Position numbers and translations under genes: made by a program
NCBI GenBank assembly: GCA_951406725.2
Contig: OX597823.1
Location: 103,602,001-103,666,000, forward strand
Length of the DNA: 64,000 bases
Direction of reading: 5' to 3'
Origin: Octopus vulgaris
Lineage: Eukaryota
Part shown: positions 40,191-55,115 of the stretch, one piece after another
How positions within the stretch are numbered: the stretch's first letter is position 1
Layout: each line of letters opens with the position of its first letter
The notes under the pieces: generated by a model
What the model saw: only the letters and a program-made list of their open reading frames with translations
The model's database searches: none
What the model was told of the DNA's origin: nothing

Positions 40191-41289
40191 GGTGTTTGTG
40201 TGTGTGTATGTACATTCATAGACACATTCATGTATGTTCGCACACATCGAGGTAAAACGAAAAGGCACTTGAAAATAAAGTGAAACCATATATTGAAATT
40301 AAAATATTTACAATATACCCAGTCTGGATTCAACGTTCTTCAAAGAGTTAAACTTTGGACGTATTATGCGAACTTAATAGCCAGAAACACACTGCGTCCG
40401 GAAACTGTGTATATTGTAGATATTTCTTTTTCCACCAAATATGCTTTAATTCAGTCTCAAGTACCTTACCGTTTTAGATGTATATAAGGATTCAACATAC
40501 GTATATATGTGTTCATGTGTATATATGTATTTCTGTATATATGCATATGTACGTACGTACGTACGTACGTATGTATGTATGTATGTATGTATGTATGTAT
40601 GTATGTATGCATGTATGTATGTATGCATGTATGTATGTATGTCTGTCAAACGTCATTCAAAATTTGATATTTTTCTCGATTATTGAGGTTTCTTGCCAAT
40701 TCGTTTCCCCTGAAAAGTTATTTGCAGTTTAACTGAGATATTTATTCATATAATTACTAAAACAGATCGTTCCCCCTACATTAGTATTGAATTCGTTTTT
40801 AATGGTGATTTCGAGTACTCTAGCATAGTCTTTTTGAAACGAAAATTATTTGTAGCCTCGTTTATGATTCTCGGGCAGTTTCCGTTTATCACTGGTTTTC
40901 GTACTGCTCCTTCACACAAGTTCCAAGTTCTCTTTACACAATGCTGTTAAAGGAGATTTGAACTTACAACATAGAGAGGTTGAACCCAAACTGCTGCATT
41001 ACTTACCGAATGCAGAAAGATGAAAGTCTAACTTATTCTTAGTGGGATTTGAACTCTGAACTCAAGAAGACGAAATAAACACTGCAGGCTATTTCATTCG
41101 ACACTCTAACAACTACACCAATTCACCTCATGACAATTCCAATCATTGTTAGTAATACATATCGGATTATATTGGGCTACATACCCATTGTATTCTTTTG
41201 CATTGACGAAAATATGGACGTTGCTCCTTGTAGGCCAAGTAACTACGAAGAAGCCTCGCTTGTTGGTTAAGTGTTGTAGTTAGATAAAC

Positions 41290-42305
41290 TTAGGAATAAT
41301 CTAATTACTTCTTCCTAAGAATGGGCTTACGGATTACGATAGAAAGTAACCTTAACAGCGTAGACTTTTTTAGATATCAACTTAGATTTACAATGAGATA
41401 AATTAAAACCCTACCGTAAGCCCAATGAAAAGCTATGTTATATTAGCAAAGAATCTAATCATCCACCCGTAATTCTTAAGAACCCAGTTAGTAATGTAGG
41501 AAGGCGAATATCATCAATTTCTTCGGATGAGAGTATATTTGAAAATGCTGCGCTGTATTACAATAAAGCATTAAGGAAAAGTGGATTCTCGGAGAAGATC
41601 CGGTATAGGCAAATTAATTCTAGCAATAATAGGCCACGTAGAACTAGGAAGGTTTTGTGGTTTAACCCCGCATAAAAACTAATATTGGTAGGGAATTCTT
41701 CAAATTAGTTTCTAAGCATTTTTAATCTAGCCATAAGTTCTATATAACATTTAATAGAAGATTAAAGGTTAGCTATTCTTGTTGCAAAAACATCGCCTCT
41801 TTTATTAGCTAGTATAACACAAAAATTATTACAGACATCTAATCTGAGGAACTGCAACTTCAAAGATGCGACTTGCTGTCCGTTGGAAGGAAAATGTCTT
41901 GAAAAAGGTATTGTTTATAGAGCCAAAGCGCAAGTAGATGGCTCGCAAGAATATAAAACATATATAGGGGCTTCAGAGAATTCATTCAAGACTCGATTCT
42001 ATTCCCACCGAAATTATTTCCGATACCTCGAGAACAGGACAGCGTCTAGTCTTGCAAAGCACGCCTGGGAATTGAAAGAGAATGACACCCGTCCTTTCAA
42101 TGTAACCTAGGAAATTCTAGAAAAAGCATCATCATACAGACATGGAGCTTATAAAAGACATATGAAATGTAATATTTGCCTCTCAGAAAAGTTCTTCATC
42201 CTGTTCCAGGATAAAATTGCTTTGAACCAGAGACGCGAGTTCTTAAATTCTTGCAGGCATCCCGCAAAGTTTAAAATGACAACCAACGAAATACCGTATG
42301 GGTAA
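41290..42305 (+). pseudogene. Penelope-like element 3' part (RT C-terminus + GIY-YIG), Naiad-like
   Basis: VDFLDINLDL, YRKPN..SNHPP, RKVLWFNP, CPLEGKCLEKGIVYRA..KTYIGASE, CNICLSEK..LNQRREFLNSCRH; several stops and frameshifts. Confidence 0.88.
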
Positions 42306-43489
42306 AATGTTTTGACTCTCGAAATATATTTTTTGACTGTCGCATTTGACTTTGACTTGACACGGTATAGTTTTTTTCATCGCAACGCTAGTGTATATTT
42401 CGACTTCATTTTTATGAAAGCCTTTGACTGTTTTACAAATTTAATCTTAAGCTTCGCCGAGCTTTGTTTTTATTGTTTACTCACGTATTTAATTATGTTA
42501 TATCAAATTAATGTACAATTTCCTTATTTTTACATGTTAATATTATATACACCGGACAGTTTTTAAAATTATTTGCATATATACGTTATGATGTAGATAT
42601 GTCTCTATATATTTATGTGTATGTATGTAGTGTACGTATGTATATGTATGTATATGCATGTATACGTGTGTGCGTATACATGTGCGTGTATGTATATGTG
42701 TGTATACTTTTATATACGTGAGCATGTATTTGTGTACATATTTTTGTATTTTTGTATATTTGTATGCATATCTACATGTATGTATATTTGTGTGTATATA
42801 TGTAGCTATACATGTAATTTTATATGTGCGTTTTTATGTGTTCGTTGTGCAAGCTATATGAAGTATCTAATCGTCGTTGGTTACTTTCGAGCGCCATGAT
42901 GTAACACTTTATGCCAATATCTATTTTTCCCCTTTCTCTCTAGTTTTCTGATTATTTTTCTTTCATTTCTGTTTCCTCTTCTCCACTGTTTTCTTCCTTC
43001 CTCCATACTTAATATTTTTTCTTTCGCCTGTAACAACAGACTTATGCGTGTGCATGTGTGTGCGTAAATATATATATATGCATTTGTATATATATTTGTG
43101 TCTTGCCTATACATGTCTGTATATGTATGTAGCTATGTACATACGTCTGTGGTATATATATACTGCTAAATGCATATGTAATCAAACGTGAAAAAATTTT
43201 TAAACGGATATAACTTTTAAGGTATTAATTGATTAACATTTTACAAATAATTATTGACCCTGGGTATTTAGGCTCTGTCCTTTTTTATAAGCTAGTTTTG
43301 ATTTGAGGTTTTGTTCGATTTTATAATAAGATAATTTTATACCGAAATTTGTTCATTGCATGCAACCGGGCACTGTAAAGACCTTTAATTGAAAGGACCA
43401 ATGAAATAAAACCATTCTCAAATGTGTATCTATTAAACTAATTGCATATGTTTGCTTATAGCGTTATTTTTGTTCCATTCTAAATAAAA

Positions 43490-43527
43490 CTGTCCGACGA
43501 ACGGAAACGTGAAACTCTGAGTAACAG
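43490..43527 (+). ncRNA. Minimal hammerhead fold, U4C variant
   Basis: ctgt-CCGACGA-acg(gaaa)cgt-GAAAC-tc(t)ga-GTA-acag. Confidence 0.68.
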
Positions 43528-43612
43528 CTTTTGTGATATTTTTGCTGCTTTTTAATAATATATATATATATGTACACACACACACACACACACACACAAA
43601 CATATATATAGT

Positions 43613-43822
43613 GGGCGGCGAGCTGGCAGAACCGTTAGTATGCCGGGCGAAATGCGTAGCCGTATTTTGTCTGCCGTTACGTTCTGAGTTCAAATTCCGC
43701 CGTGGTCGACTTTGCCTTTCATCCTTTCGGGGTCAATAAATTAAGTACCAGTTACGCACTGGGGTCGATGTAATCAACTTAATTCGTTTGTCTGTCCTTG
43801 TTTGTCCCCTCTATGTTTAGCC
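43613..43822 (+). mobile_element. tRNA-derived SINE, second family, full length
   Basis: ggcggcgagctggcagaa head, B box gagttcaaattcc, tail gccccttgtgggtaataaagaaa. Confidence 0.85.
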
Positions 43823-44413
43823 CCTTGTGGGTAATAAAGAAACATATATATAGGAATTTGAAATTCCTACAACTAAAAAATTCTGATGGCTCTCAGTTGC
43901 AAGTAGGGTTTTGGTCAGTTAGTATCTGACCTACAACCTCATATGTTCCTAAGAATTTAATGATATTTCTACACTGACCTAATTTTCTTGTCACCACATA
44001 GATAGATTGATCTTTTGTTCTAGTAACAACCTGTTCTTTCTTTTACATATCCTGAATTTCCTCCTCTTTTCTACAACTAACTTGAATTCTTTCCCTGCCC
44101 TTACCCCAATCCTTATAACTAAAGAAATTTTCTTACAGCAGTCAGTTATAAACAAGGTTTTGGTCAGTTAGCATCTGAACCACACGACCTCATGTTCCTA
44201 AGATTCATATCTACATCTTTATCTGTATATTTACCTTCTCTAAGATGTTATTAATTGATTTGAAAACTTTTATATTATTGGAAAACCTATATAAAATTAG
44301 CTGAAGATTACTCAGCATCTTAAATCTGCTGTAATATTTACAGCTTTTAATAAAATATTGTAGTATGAAACATTTGTACTAAATTACCGGATTCGTTCTT
44401 GTTGCTTAGTTTT

Positions 44414-44488
<75 letters not shown>

Positions 44489-44489
44489 T

Positions 44490-45300
44490 AGGAATCCAGA
44501 AGAATGCTCTACCTATAAAAAAAGAAACATTGAACCATATGATCTTGAGGATATTTGTAAATTTAAAGCTAAATCTAGACATGGGATTGCAAAATAAGGT
44601 CATATCTTGTGGAAGTCAGTTATCTCCTTCATATCAAAGTATTTTTTCTTTTTTGAAAAATTAAGAGAAATAAGACATCTCTTGACCAAAGTGTGAGAAA
44701 TTTGCTAAGGTTGTATAAAACCAATCCAAATTAATACTTTTTACCATTTATTTTCAAATCAAAAAGTTGTACAGACAATCAATGGAATACCATAAATCTC
44801 CAGTTTTTCCCCATTTTTAGTTGGTGGCTTATTCTAAATGCAGTCATTACATTTTATAGCTTTTTCCGTCTAGTCTTGCTAATTTACTTCACACCCAGTT
44901 GAGCATGTCATAATTACAGATAATGTTTAGGACAGGAATGGTAATGGTACGTATCACATTTTTTTCATTTAGCTTAGATTTGTTTTAAATATTAATCTAA
45001 TGCGTCTATAATATTCATTCTCAATCTTTTCTTTCATTTGTTTCTACTATACTAGATCAAGTTCAGTAATTTCTAAATTTATATGTAACTCTGGGTTTGG
45101 TCTAATTCTTTTATCCCTGTATCATTACTGAATTAGCGTCATTAAATCATTTTTCTGATGAAAGGTTAATTTTTCTAAAAAGAATTTAATATGAATTCCA
45201 TTAATAAATCTGGGTGTCTAATTCCTGACACAGTCGTTGAGGCGAGGCCACACTATTTGTTATGCTTTAAGAATCGTTGTCCCTTTTCAAAATGGCAAAT
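44490..45300 (-). pseudogene. Degraded non-LTR RT C-terminal region, R4/Dong-like
   Basis: The minus strand gives IKELDQTQSY..., KQMKEKIENEYYRRIRLIFKTNLS, TIPVLN, MLNW and KLARLD. Confidence 0.55.
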
Positions 45301-45462
45301 TCTTTGCGATATAACAATGATCTCTTGTTTCAACTGTTCCTTCGGTTTTTGTTTTATAATACATCATCAATATTTTTATCTTCTTCTTTTCTTTGTATAG
45401 TTTTATTGATTTCCAGAGATGCAGGCAATTTTTTATCTTTTATATGCATATATGCATCACGT

Positions 45463-45499
<37 letters not shown>

Positions 45500-45565
45500 C
45501 AATAATAATTCTCTAAAAGGGATATAGACAGTAACTGCTCGATAACATAAGGGACTAAAGCCATC

Positions 45566-46163
<598 letters not shown>

Positions 46164-46164
46164 C

Positions 46165-46467
46165 ACGTAAATATAAGAGAGTGACAACTATGTGGTCGAC
46201 TCTAGCACTAAAAATAGATCCGCTACGGTTTCAGCCACGAAGAATTAGCGTAAACGAACAGGGCAAATAAAAAATAACAAAAATGCAGATAGCGAAACAA
46301 TTGTCCAGAATTAATCTGCATTTTTGTTATTTTTTATTTGCTCTGTTCGTTTACGCTAATAGTTGTGCTAACTTTCATCGGAAACAATTCTTCGTGGCTG
46401 AAACCGTAGCGGATCTATTTTTAGTGCTAGAGTCGACCACATAGTGGTCACTCTCTTATATTTACGT
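46165..46467. repeat. Foldback with ~125-bp arms, likely an inverted pLTR stub
   Basis: 46165-46290 pairs with 46314-46467 (one arm has a ~25-bp insertion). Contains a hammerhead 3' half, tggct-GAAAC-c-GTA-gcgg. Confidence 0.8.
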
Positions 46468-46569
46468 ATAAACTTTATTGTATTCCTGGTTTTTATGCAC
46501 TAAGCCACTTGGTGTTAAATGGATGGTACTATTAAATTAGTATCCAATTTTCTCACCCTTATTAGTTGA

Positions 46570-46645
<76 letters not shown>

Positions 46646-46749
46646 TGGTAAAAACGGTAAGATAACAAAAGAAAGAAAGAGACTTCGATATTATGTAAAT
46701 AGAGGAAATTTATCTAGAAAATAATATGTGACAATTATTCAATAGCTAA

Positions 46750-46810
46750 GATAAAACTCTGAGTTTCGGATGCCGAGGTGGAAATCCACAACACCATCTC
46801 TTCGGTTATC
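46750..46810 (-). ncRNA. Hammerhead fold, U4C variant with extended stem II
   Basis: gataa-CCGAAGA-gatg..gtgga(tt)tccac..catc-c-GAAAC-tc(a)ga-GTT-ttatc. Confidence 0.6.
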
Positions 46811-47721
46811 AGATGAATATGATACTTAAGTTAAAGGTACCAGAATTGTGTATGGTATTATCCATATAAATCAAATCGGGTGATTATAATCAAAGTAAGC
46901 AACAAGGATATCCAAGGTAGTGTAGTACAATTGTTTCATGCTTCAGAACAGATTTCATTCTACTTTTAAAAATATACTAGGGTACCACATTAAGTCATGT
47001 CATCATCGCTTATTTTAAACGGAGTAGTTCATCTTGTCCGTGTTATCGCTGCCGTTACTGTTGGTCATCAGGAGTTGGTAAGTTGGTAATGGCGGAAGTT
47101 TTATTCGTTTTGGTGTTGGTGGTTGTGTTGCTGATGATAGGTAGTGATCGTGTTCAGTACTGATTGATATACAAATATATAGACAGACAGATTGATAGTT
47201 TTGTAGATAGCTAACTGTACTCATTGTTACCGAAGAATATATGCACAAACACATCCACATATATAGGCATACATTTATATGTACGTATATGCATGTATAG
47301 TGCTTATGTTTTTTCAAATTGTTAACTATATTTTGATCTTTGCTACAAGCGGTTTTTTCGCTAATAAGAGTGTAGTTTGTTTAATAGGCCTTTTCCTGTG
47401 TTACAGCAACCTCAGCTTACGGAATTTGGCTTTACCGAAACTCGATTAAATCTAACAATTTAAAATCGTTCAAATGATTATGAATCAAGGGAAATAGTTT
47501 GAGCAAGTTTTTAATTTCAAACTTCTCTCTTCCAAGTTTAAATCTCGCCGTTGTCGGTTTTAATCATAATCTGTTACGGTAACAATCCCCAACCTGTTTT
47601 GCAACAAGGTCAGGACTCATGCAAGACAATTTTCCTACAGACCTGGGGATCAGATGCGTAGCAAAAGACAATGAACTACATAATAGAGAAATTATTATAT
47701 GTATATAATATATAATATATA

Positions 47722-47841
<120 letters not shown>

Positions 47842-48458
47842 ATGCAAAAACACTTTACAAACTCCCGTAGTCAATAAAATAGAAATAACATTTTTAATTT
47901 TTTTCTTTCTGTGCAGCACGGTACCAAATGATCCATAGCCTAATCATGGGAAACCCTTGTTTTATGGGATGAAGCTTTGTAATATAACTAAGCGAATATA
48001 ATCTTCTATTTCTAGAATTTGATGTTGATGTAACTCAACATCACACTAGTGGTGTAATACCCAACAATATTGAGGTAGCACAACCGTATGTGATCGAAAC
48101 ATCGAACCTGTTGTATAATAGCGAACAGTATTAACGTGATATGACAGTGATGCAACACAACTGTCATGCAACACCACAATGACACCACACTGATGTAACA
48201 ATAACGTCGTGACACAACTGACGAGGTGTTCGGATGTTAGCCGTGATAAAATAACAAACATCCTAACGACCAAGATCGAATGACGTCTTTCTTATTTGAT
48301 TTCTTCTTTTGTTCTTCAGCCGTCCAGTCAGTCTCTTGTTAAAATTGAAATTTAATTATCTCACTTTCCATAACCAGAAACATCCATCAATGTGTAATTC
48401 ATTCTTTTGGTTTCCAGGTGAGAACAGTGTGATCCATATCCTCATCAATCCTTTCTAT

Positions 48459-51400
48459 ATTCAATTCAATTCAATTTTTGGGGGCTCAAAAAGCAAAAGC
48501 AAGAACATGTAGGGGGACAGGGAGTTATGTACGGGGAGGGTGGTCATGCAAAGAATTCAGGCCATTTCTGGTCAAGAGAGACTTTGAACCGAGCGGTCGT
48601 CGGCATCTTCACTATCTCGTCCGGCAGCTTATTCCACGGATCCGCAACCCGGACGGAGAAAGCCCCTCTCCTTCGATTAAGATGAAATCATTGTAGATAG
48701 AGCTTTTCGGAGTGACCCCGCAGCCGACGCTCTGAAGCAGGAGTGAAGAACAGCTCTTTCGAGAGGTTACACTTTCCGCTTATGATGTTGTGAGCGAGAA
48801 TGAGATCACCACGGCGTCATCGTTTTTTGAGAGAATAATGGTCGAGCGTCTTCAGCCTTTCTTCATAAGACAAATGCTTGAGACCAAGAACCATGCGGGC
48901 AGCCGACTTCTGGACGCTTTCGAGATGATGTATGTCTTTGAGGAGATGCTTGAATCCCGTACTCCAATATGGGTCTCACCAAGGTGACATAGAGCGGTAG
49001 GAATATGGCTGCTGTGAGCATTCCGAATGACCGTCGAATCAAAAAGAGAACTCCGCGTGCTTAGTTGGCAGCATGGACGCATTGGGCCGAAGGCGAAAAG
49101 GAAGAATCCACCAAGATACCCAGGTCCTTTACTTGGTCGGTCTTCTCCAGCAGCAGACGACCCAGCTCGAAATCAAGTTGAGTTGCAGGAGAGGAGCCAA
49201 CAGGCAGATGACAGCACTTTGACACGTTCAGACACAGGTCCCATTCGTTTGACCATCTCCAAACTTGGTGGAGGCATCAACGAAGATCATCTATATCACT
49301 GCGAGGAGCGACCAGTTTGACATCGTCGGCAAATAGAAGGGTGAGTTGTGTGAGGTCGTCGGGCAAGTCATTGATGAAGACTAAAAGCAATAACGGCCCA
49401 AGCACTGGACCTTGAGGCACTGGAGACGTCGGACAGCGAACCATTAACTTGGACTTGGAAGGAGCGATCTGAGAGGAAGGCATCAACCCATCGTACAATA
49501 TCCGGATGAAAACTATATGCTTGAAGCTTCACAAGTAATAGGCGGTGGTTAACCGGGTCAAAAGCTTTGGCAAAGTCCAATAAAACGATGTCAACAGCAT
49601 CACCATCATCCAGGATACGCGTCACCAATTCTTCCATTACCAGTAAGTTGGTCAAGCATGATCTCTTCGGCACGAAACCGTGTTGGGAATCAGAGATAGA
49701 GGTTGTGTTTTGGAGGTGTAGTAACATACTTTTCTTGAGGATGGTTTCGAACATGTTGTTGACTATTTAAGTAAGGGAAACCGGTCGGTAGTTAAGCGGG
49801 TCTTCGCGGCTCCCTTTCTTGAAAATCAGGCAGATTATCGCTGTTCTCCAGTCCGCAGGTATAACACCCGTCAGCAATGACATATTGAATAGAAGTGTTA
49901 AAGATTCGCAGATGACCGGAGACACCGCTTTGATAACCTGTGGGTGTATGCCGTCAGGGCCGTGACCCTTGTTGACATCGAGGCCTTAAATAACGCGTTC
50001 GACTTCGTCTCGAGTGATGACCAATCTAGGCATTGGAGGTACCGATCTAACAAATGGTGGGGGGGGTCACGACCATCATCTTGTTTGAAAATTGTCTAAA
50101 GGCCTAGGCAAATAACTGACTCTGCTGATAAGGGTCCTCAATCGATACGCCTTTTGAGTCTACCAACGTTGCAATTTGGTTGTTCAAGCGGGAATTCCGT
50201 TGGACATGGGCAAAGAAGGTTTTTGGATTGCGACTGGCGTTTGCCGCGATTCTGTATTCATACCTGAAGCGTTCTTCTTCCTTTTCAATTTTCACGGCTC
50301 GGTCTCGTTGAGTTTTGTACACCTCAAAAGCTGCAGTCGAATCTTGATTTTTGAATTCAGCCCAAGCAATATCTCTGAGTCGAAGTTCTCGTTTAACCTT
50401 CTACGTCACCCAGGGCTTGTGCTTCTTCTTCTTGGGAAGCCCAACGGGAACTGCTTGGTCAGTCAACCAGATTACATATGCTTTGAGGGACGACCATAGT
50501 TCGTCAACCGAGGACATCGTCATCAGGGATCGCTAGTCCAGAAGCGCAGAAGCCTCGGTTAGAATTTCAAGATAGATTGCTGAGAAGACTCTACGTGGCA
50601 GCGAAGTAGTCGTGGGCGTAGAAAGAGTTGTGTGCATGTCGAACTTCAGGACTGCGTGCTCACTCTTGGCAAGAGGGGCGCACACAGATAAGCCTGACAC
50701 TGATCTTGGATAGCGGGAGAATACCAGATCCAGCATAGATGGCTTCTGCCCAGACCGATGCCTTGTCAGAGATTCAACATGTTGCGATAGAAAACAATCT
50801 TCAGCCACGTCAAGAAGGGCCGAACCGGGAAGATGATGTACAAATTGATGCGGGCCAGTCGATCGTGGGAGCGCTGAAGTCTCCTAATATCAAACATTCA
50901 TGCGAAGATGAAACGAATCTTATCGCTTCGAGTAAATGAGCATCGTCCTGGGGGTCGGCAAGAGGCGGCCTGTAGACAGCCAGCACGTACAGGCAAAACC
51001 CGGATAGGCTCAGCTTGCAATAGACGGCATCGAATTTTGTTGTAGGTTGAGCATTAGTGGGTAGAATACAGCTGGACGGTTTGAGATCAGATTTGACATA
51101 AACAGCAACAACTCCACCTCGCCTTTTTTCTCTGTCACATCTGAAGTGGGCGTAGCCCTGTAGGTGGATTTCCGAGTCCTTTACTGCTGGAGTCAGCCAA
51201 GTCTCGGTGATAGCTATCACATCTGGGGAATCACACATGGCCAGTGTAAATAATTCGCTGAACTTTGGAAATAAGGAGCACGAGTTGGTATAGACGATGC
51301 TGAGCTGTGTGGTTTGAGGGGCGAGAATTAGGGAACAAGCAGAATAAGGGGTATTAGAGATAGCATCGTTGTCGGGGGTATCTACTTTACTTCGATTCGC

Positions 51401-51900
51401 CCTCTATTCACTTTCCCTGTCAGCACTACAGCATGCGACCAGAGGTAGGACTTGATTATTTGTCCATCTTGGATGCGTAAACCCTTCTCTCCCATCTGTT
51501 TTCTCATCTTCAGTTCGGATATTAGGTTTCTCCAGCGAATTCTCTCTCTCAGTGAGTATTCCTCGCGAAAACCCATATTGGGGTCCTCTCAGACATGCTT
51601 CTGAGCTCTGTTCAGAAAGGTTGAAGCCTCCTGATTGGAAGAAAAGATTACTCTTATTGGGCGTGGTCTAGTGTCTGAGGTTGAGTTCACTTGGAATCTT
51701 CCTAGACGAGCGACCTTATGGATACTGACATTTTCGTTGACTGAGAACAATTCTCCAACTAAAACGGAAACAAAATTTATGTCATCTTTTAGGCGGTTTA
51801 CGCCTGTATCACCGGTGGATTCAGCTTTACCATAAATGATTACTATATGAAGACTTGAACCCAGAACAGAAAGCAAGCAGTTTTACTATACTGTCTCTGC
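48459..51900 (-). mobile_element. Near full-length CR1-clade LINE (ORF1 remnant, APE endonuclease, RT), inactivated
   Basis: APE: IAITETWL, YRPP, GDF, LDLVF. RT: QHGF, DFAKAFD, PQGPVLGP, LFADD, KDLG, LVRPILEY, RRGDLI, FSVRVADPWNKLP. ORF1: RLG..RPIRV. A (TTGAA)n 3' tail lies at 48459-48476. Confidence 0.93.
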
Positions 51901-52803
51901 CCACAAAAACGAAGGTATATAAGTGTGGTATATACAGTCAGAAGGACTGAGCCACTTAAGAGTTAAGCATAATGACTACAGTGATAGTGACAATATGCGA
52001 TCAACTGATCTTTGAACCCCAACACTTACCGTTCTTTCTAGAGTGCCTCAGTTTTTGAAATATTGTTGCGACTATGTACACTAACAATATTTTGTAACAG
52101 TGTAACATTGGAACTACATAGGAGGTGAATAAATGAAGTTTTGCGGAGAGAAACTTCAACAGAGCTTAACGGCTTGATCAGTGTTGGGTGTTTACCGTTC
52201 GTGGGAAAGATAATAGGAGAAAGTTAGGGTTTTATTGTCATACTGTGATGTAATATAAGATTTCTGAAGAGAAACTTTGATAGGCACAGTTAGCAGTTTA
52301 ATAATTGGTGAGAAGTTTCCATGACTAAAAAAGATTACCGGAGAGCCCTACTGTGATTGAAATTTTTTTAGCGGTTAGGAATGTCCCATGATATTGGGAA
52401 CGTGACGCAGTTTTGTTTTGCTTTAAGCTTTCTTTTTTTTGTTTTGTATTTTACTTAATTAGTTTATTTCTTTAGAGATGAAAAAAAAAAAACGGAGTTC
52501 AAATTTATGTGTTGGTGTCGTTCAGTTTTATTCACTTTATAAGACTATCGAATTATTAGTTAAGGGACAGGAATTAATAGGGTTATTGGTTAGCAGAGCG
52601 TGAGATTAGAGACTGGAAAGAGGAACACATCGCGTAGTGTTATTAGCATACGAAAGCAAAAGGCTGAAAGATACAGTCACTATATAATTGATGGATTGGC
52701 GAGGGAAAAATCGACTGGGCGATAGCCTGTCCCTAAGGAACACCAGCCAAACTTAGTGGTTGGGAAAGATCTTTGTATTACTAAAAGCAGAACGAGGTTA
52801 TTA

Positions 52804-52852
<49 letters not shown>

Positions 52853-52853
52853 G

Positions 52854-52885
<32 letters not shown>

Positions 52886-52939
52886 CATTCTCCTTCTTCT
52901 TATTATTATTATCATCATCATCATCATCATTATTATTAA

Positions 52940-52997
<58 letters not shown>

Positions 52998-53449
52998 GTT
53001 ATTAAATTTCTATTTTCATACATCATCATCTGATTGGGTTTCTGCTACAAACTATCTATTTCAAATGCTATTTTAGCCAGTTCAGTTTCTCCATAACGTA
53101 ACTATTTGTTTAAATGTTTACTGAGTGGAACAACATCAGTTTAGTGACCTGAAATATTTGGCAAGATTATAATTGGGTTCCAATCTAGACTAATCAACTA
53201 GATGAAAACCATGAAATTTGCAAGAAATTGGAGAGAAGAAAAGAAAAGAATTATGTCAGTTATAATGCTTAAATCTAGCAGACGTTGAAGAGTAATGCCA
53301 ATAACTTCGGTAGAGGAATGGACATATTTCAAGATAAACTCAGAAGAGGACCTGATTGTCGTAAAATAAAAGGTTTTATTGTAAGTGCCATATATATGTA
53401 TATGTGTGCGTGTTAGTGCCATATGTGTGTGTGCATATGTGTGTATGTG

Positions 53450-53840
53450 TTCGTGTGTATGTGTGCGAGTGTATATGTGTATGTGTATGCTTGCATACGC
53501 GGATGTTTGAATGTGCGTGTGTGCGTGTGCTTGTGTAAGTGAAATATGTATGTAGATGAATCCCATACGATATACACACATTCACACATCTCTGACTATA
53601 TAGTAGGATACACTTGACCCAGATGTCATGCAGTTGGGAAGCAAGCTTCTTACCACACATCCACGCCACAAATAAGTGACACACACACTATATAGTCAGA
53701 GATGTGTGTGAATGTGTGTATATCGTATGAGATTCATCTACATACATAATTCACTTACACAAGCACACACGCACATTCAAACATCCGCGTATGCAAGCAT
53801 ACACACATACACACATACACACGCACACATACATACATAC
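53450..53840. repeat. Inverted repeat with ~150-bp arms around a SINE-head fragment
   Basis: ...catctctgactatatagt (ends 53603) pairs with actatatagtcagagatg... (starts 53687). Confidence 0.85.
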
Positions 53841-53841
53841 A

Positions 53842-53930
<89 letters not shown>

Positions 53931-55084
53931 CGAGAATTTGAGGTTATAAGAGATAATGGTGTCATTGAGACCCAAAGGTGTCAGGTAATGCTGAATAAGT
54001 GCTATAGACAGACCATATTTAAGTTCCAGATTCGGTAATATTGCGAATAAAGGGTTCAACGTTGGTTCTATGTCAGCGTGTGTATATAAGAATTTTTTGC
54101 GTAATAAGATAAAAAACCAAGGCTGATAAAAAGCCAAGATATTAGAGCATACAGCCTGTTTTTTTAAATCTTATTACGGAAAAAATTCTTATATATATAT
54201 AACTAGACTCTGTTGGTCAGGAATGGCCATGGGTGCACCTAAGAAGTTCCCTTCCAGAAAGTCGCCTCACCAGCGAACGCAGAACCTAAGGTGGTTTTAT
54301 GGAAGACCAGCAGTCGTCCATGCATACCAGCCTCCCCTCTCCATGCCATCGATGTTATCTAAGGGAAAGGCAAAGGCCGATGCAGTTTGGCACCAGTGAC
54401 GTCGCATCTCATTTCTACAGCTGAGTGAATTTGTTACGACCTGGTGGCCATAACCCGAATTTACAGAATCAACGAGGATAGGGTGAACGCAAAACAACAA
54501 CACACCATGAAATTTTTTGAAAACTATTAACAATTGTCAGCATGGAAAAACAGCCTACATACAAAAACAAATATATACGCAAACAAAAAAAAAAACCAAT
54601 GCCACATCAGACGTGCAGTCAAAATATTTACAAAGGTAACATACATATACAGTTCCGAAATTCGGACTCAGAATCCCGGCTTCACCAAAATTGGCCTCAC
54701 ACAAAACCTGGCCTCACAAATTTGGTTTTTCAGAGAGATGGATTCCAAAATTTGGATTTCATAAAATCTGGATATCCATTTTAGTACAAATTCGGTTTTC
54801 GAACCTTGGATTTCGAACAGTGGGTTTCGAACAGTGGATTTCAAACCTTGGATTTCGAATCTTGGACCCAGATGTGACACAGGAATTATTTTAAATCTGA
54901 CAAAAGTTTTGGCGAATTCCTGGAGCAAAAAATAAATCCATAAATGCCTAACACAAAGCACAAGTGCATAAACTAAACAGCAACATGAAAAAGAGTCTTG
55001 CTGAAGAAGACAACACGCAGACCGGTCCGGTACTCGAACTCACAACCTCACGATCGACACTCTAACCACTGATCCATGCGCCTT

Positions 55085-55115
<31 letters not shown>

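Noticed and set aside
41840-42260. Selenocysteine recoding in the Naiad-like ORF
   Set aside because: The conserved Cys positions are TGT/TGC (one mutated to TTC), and the in-frame stop near 42110 is TAG.
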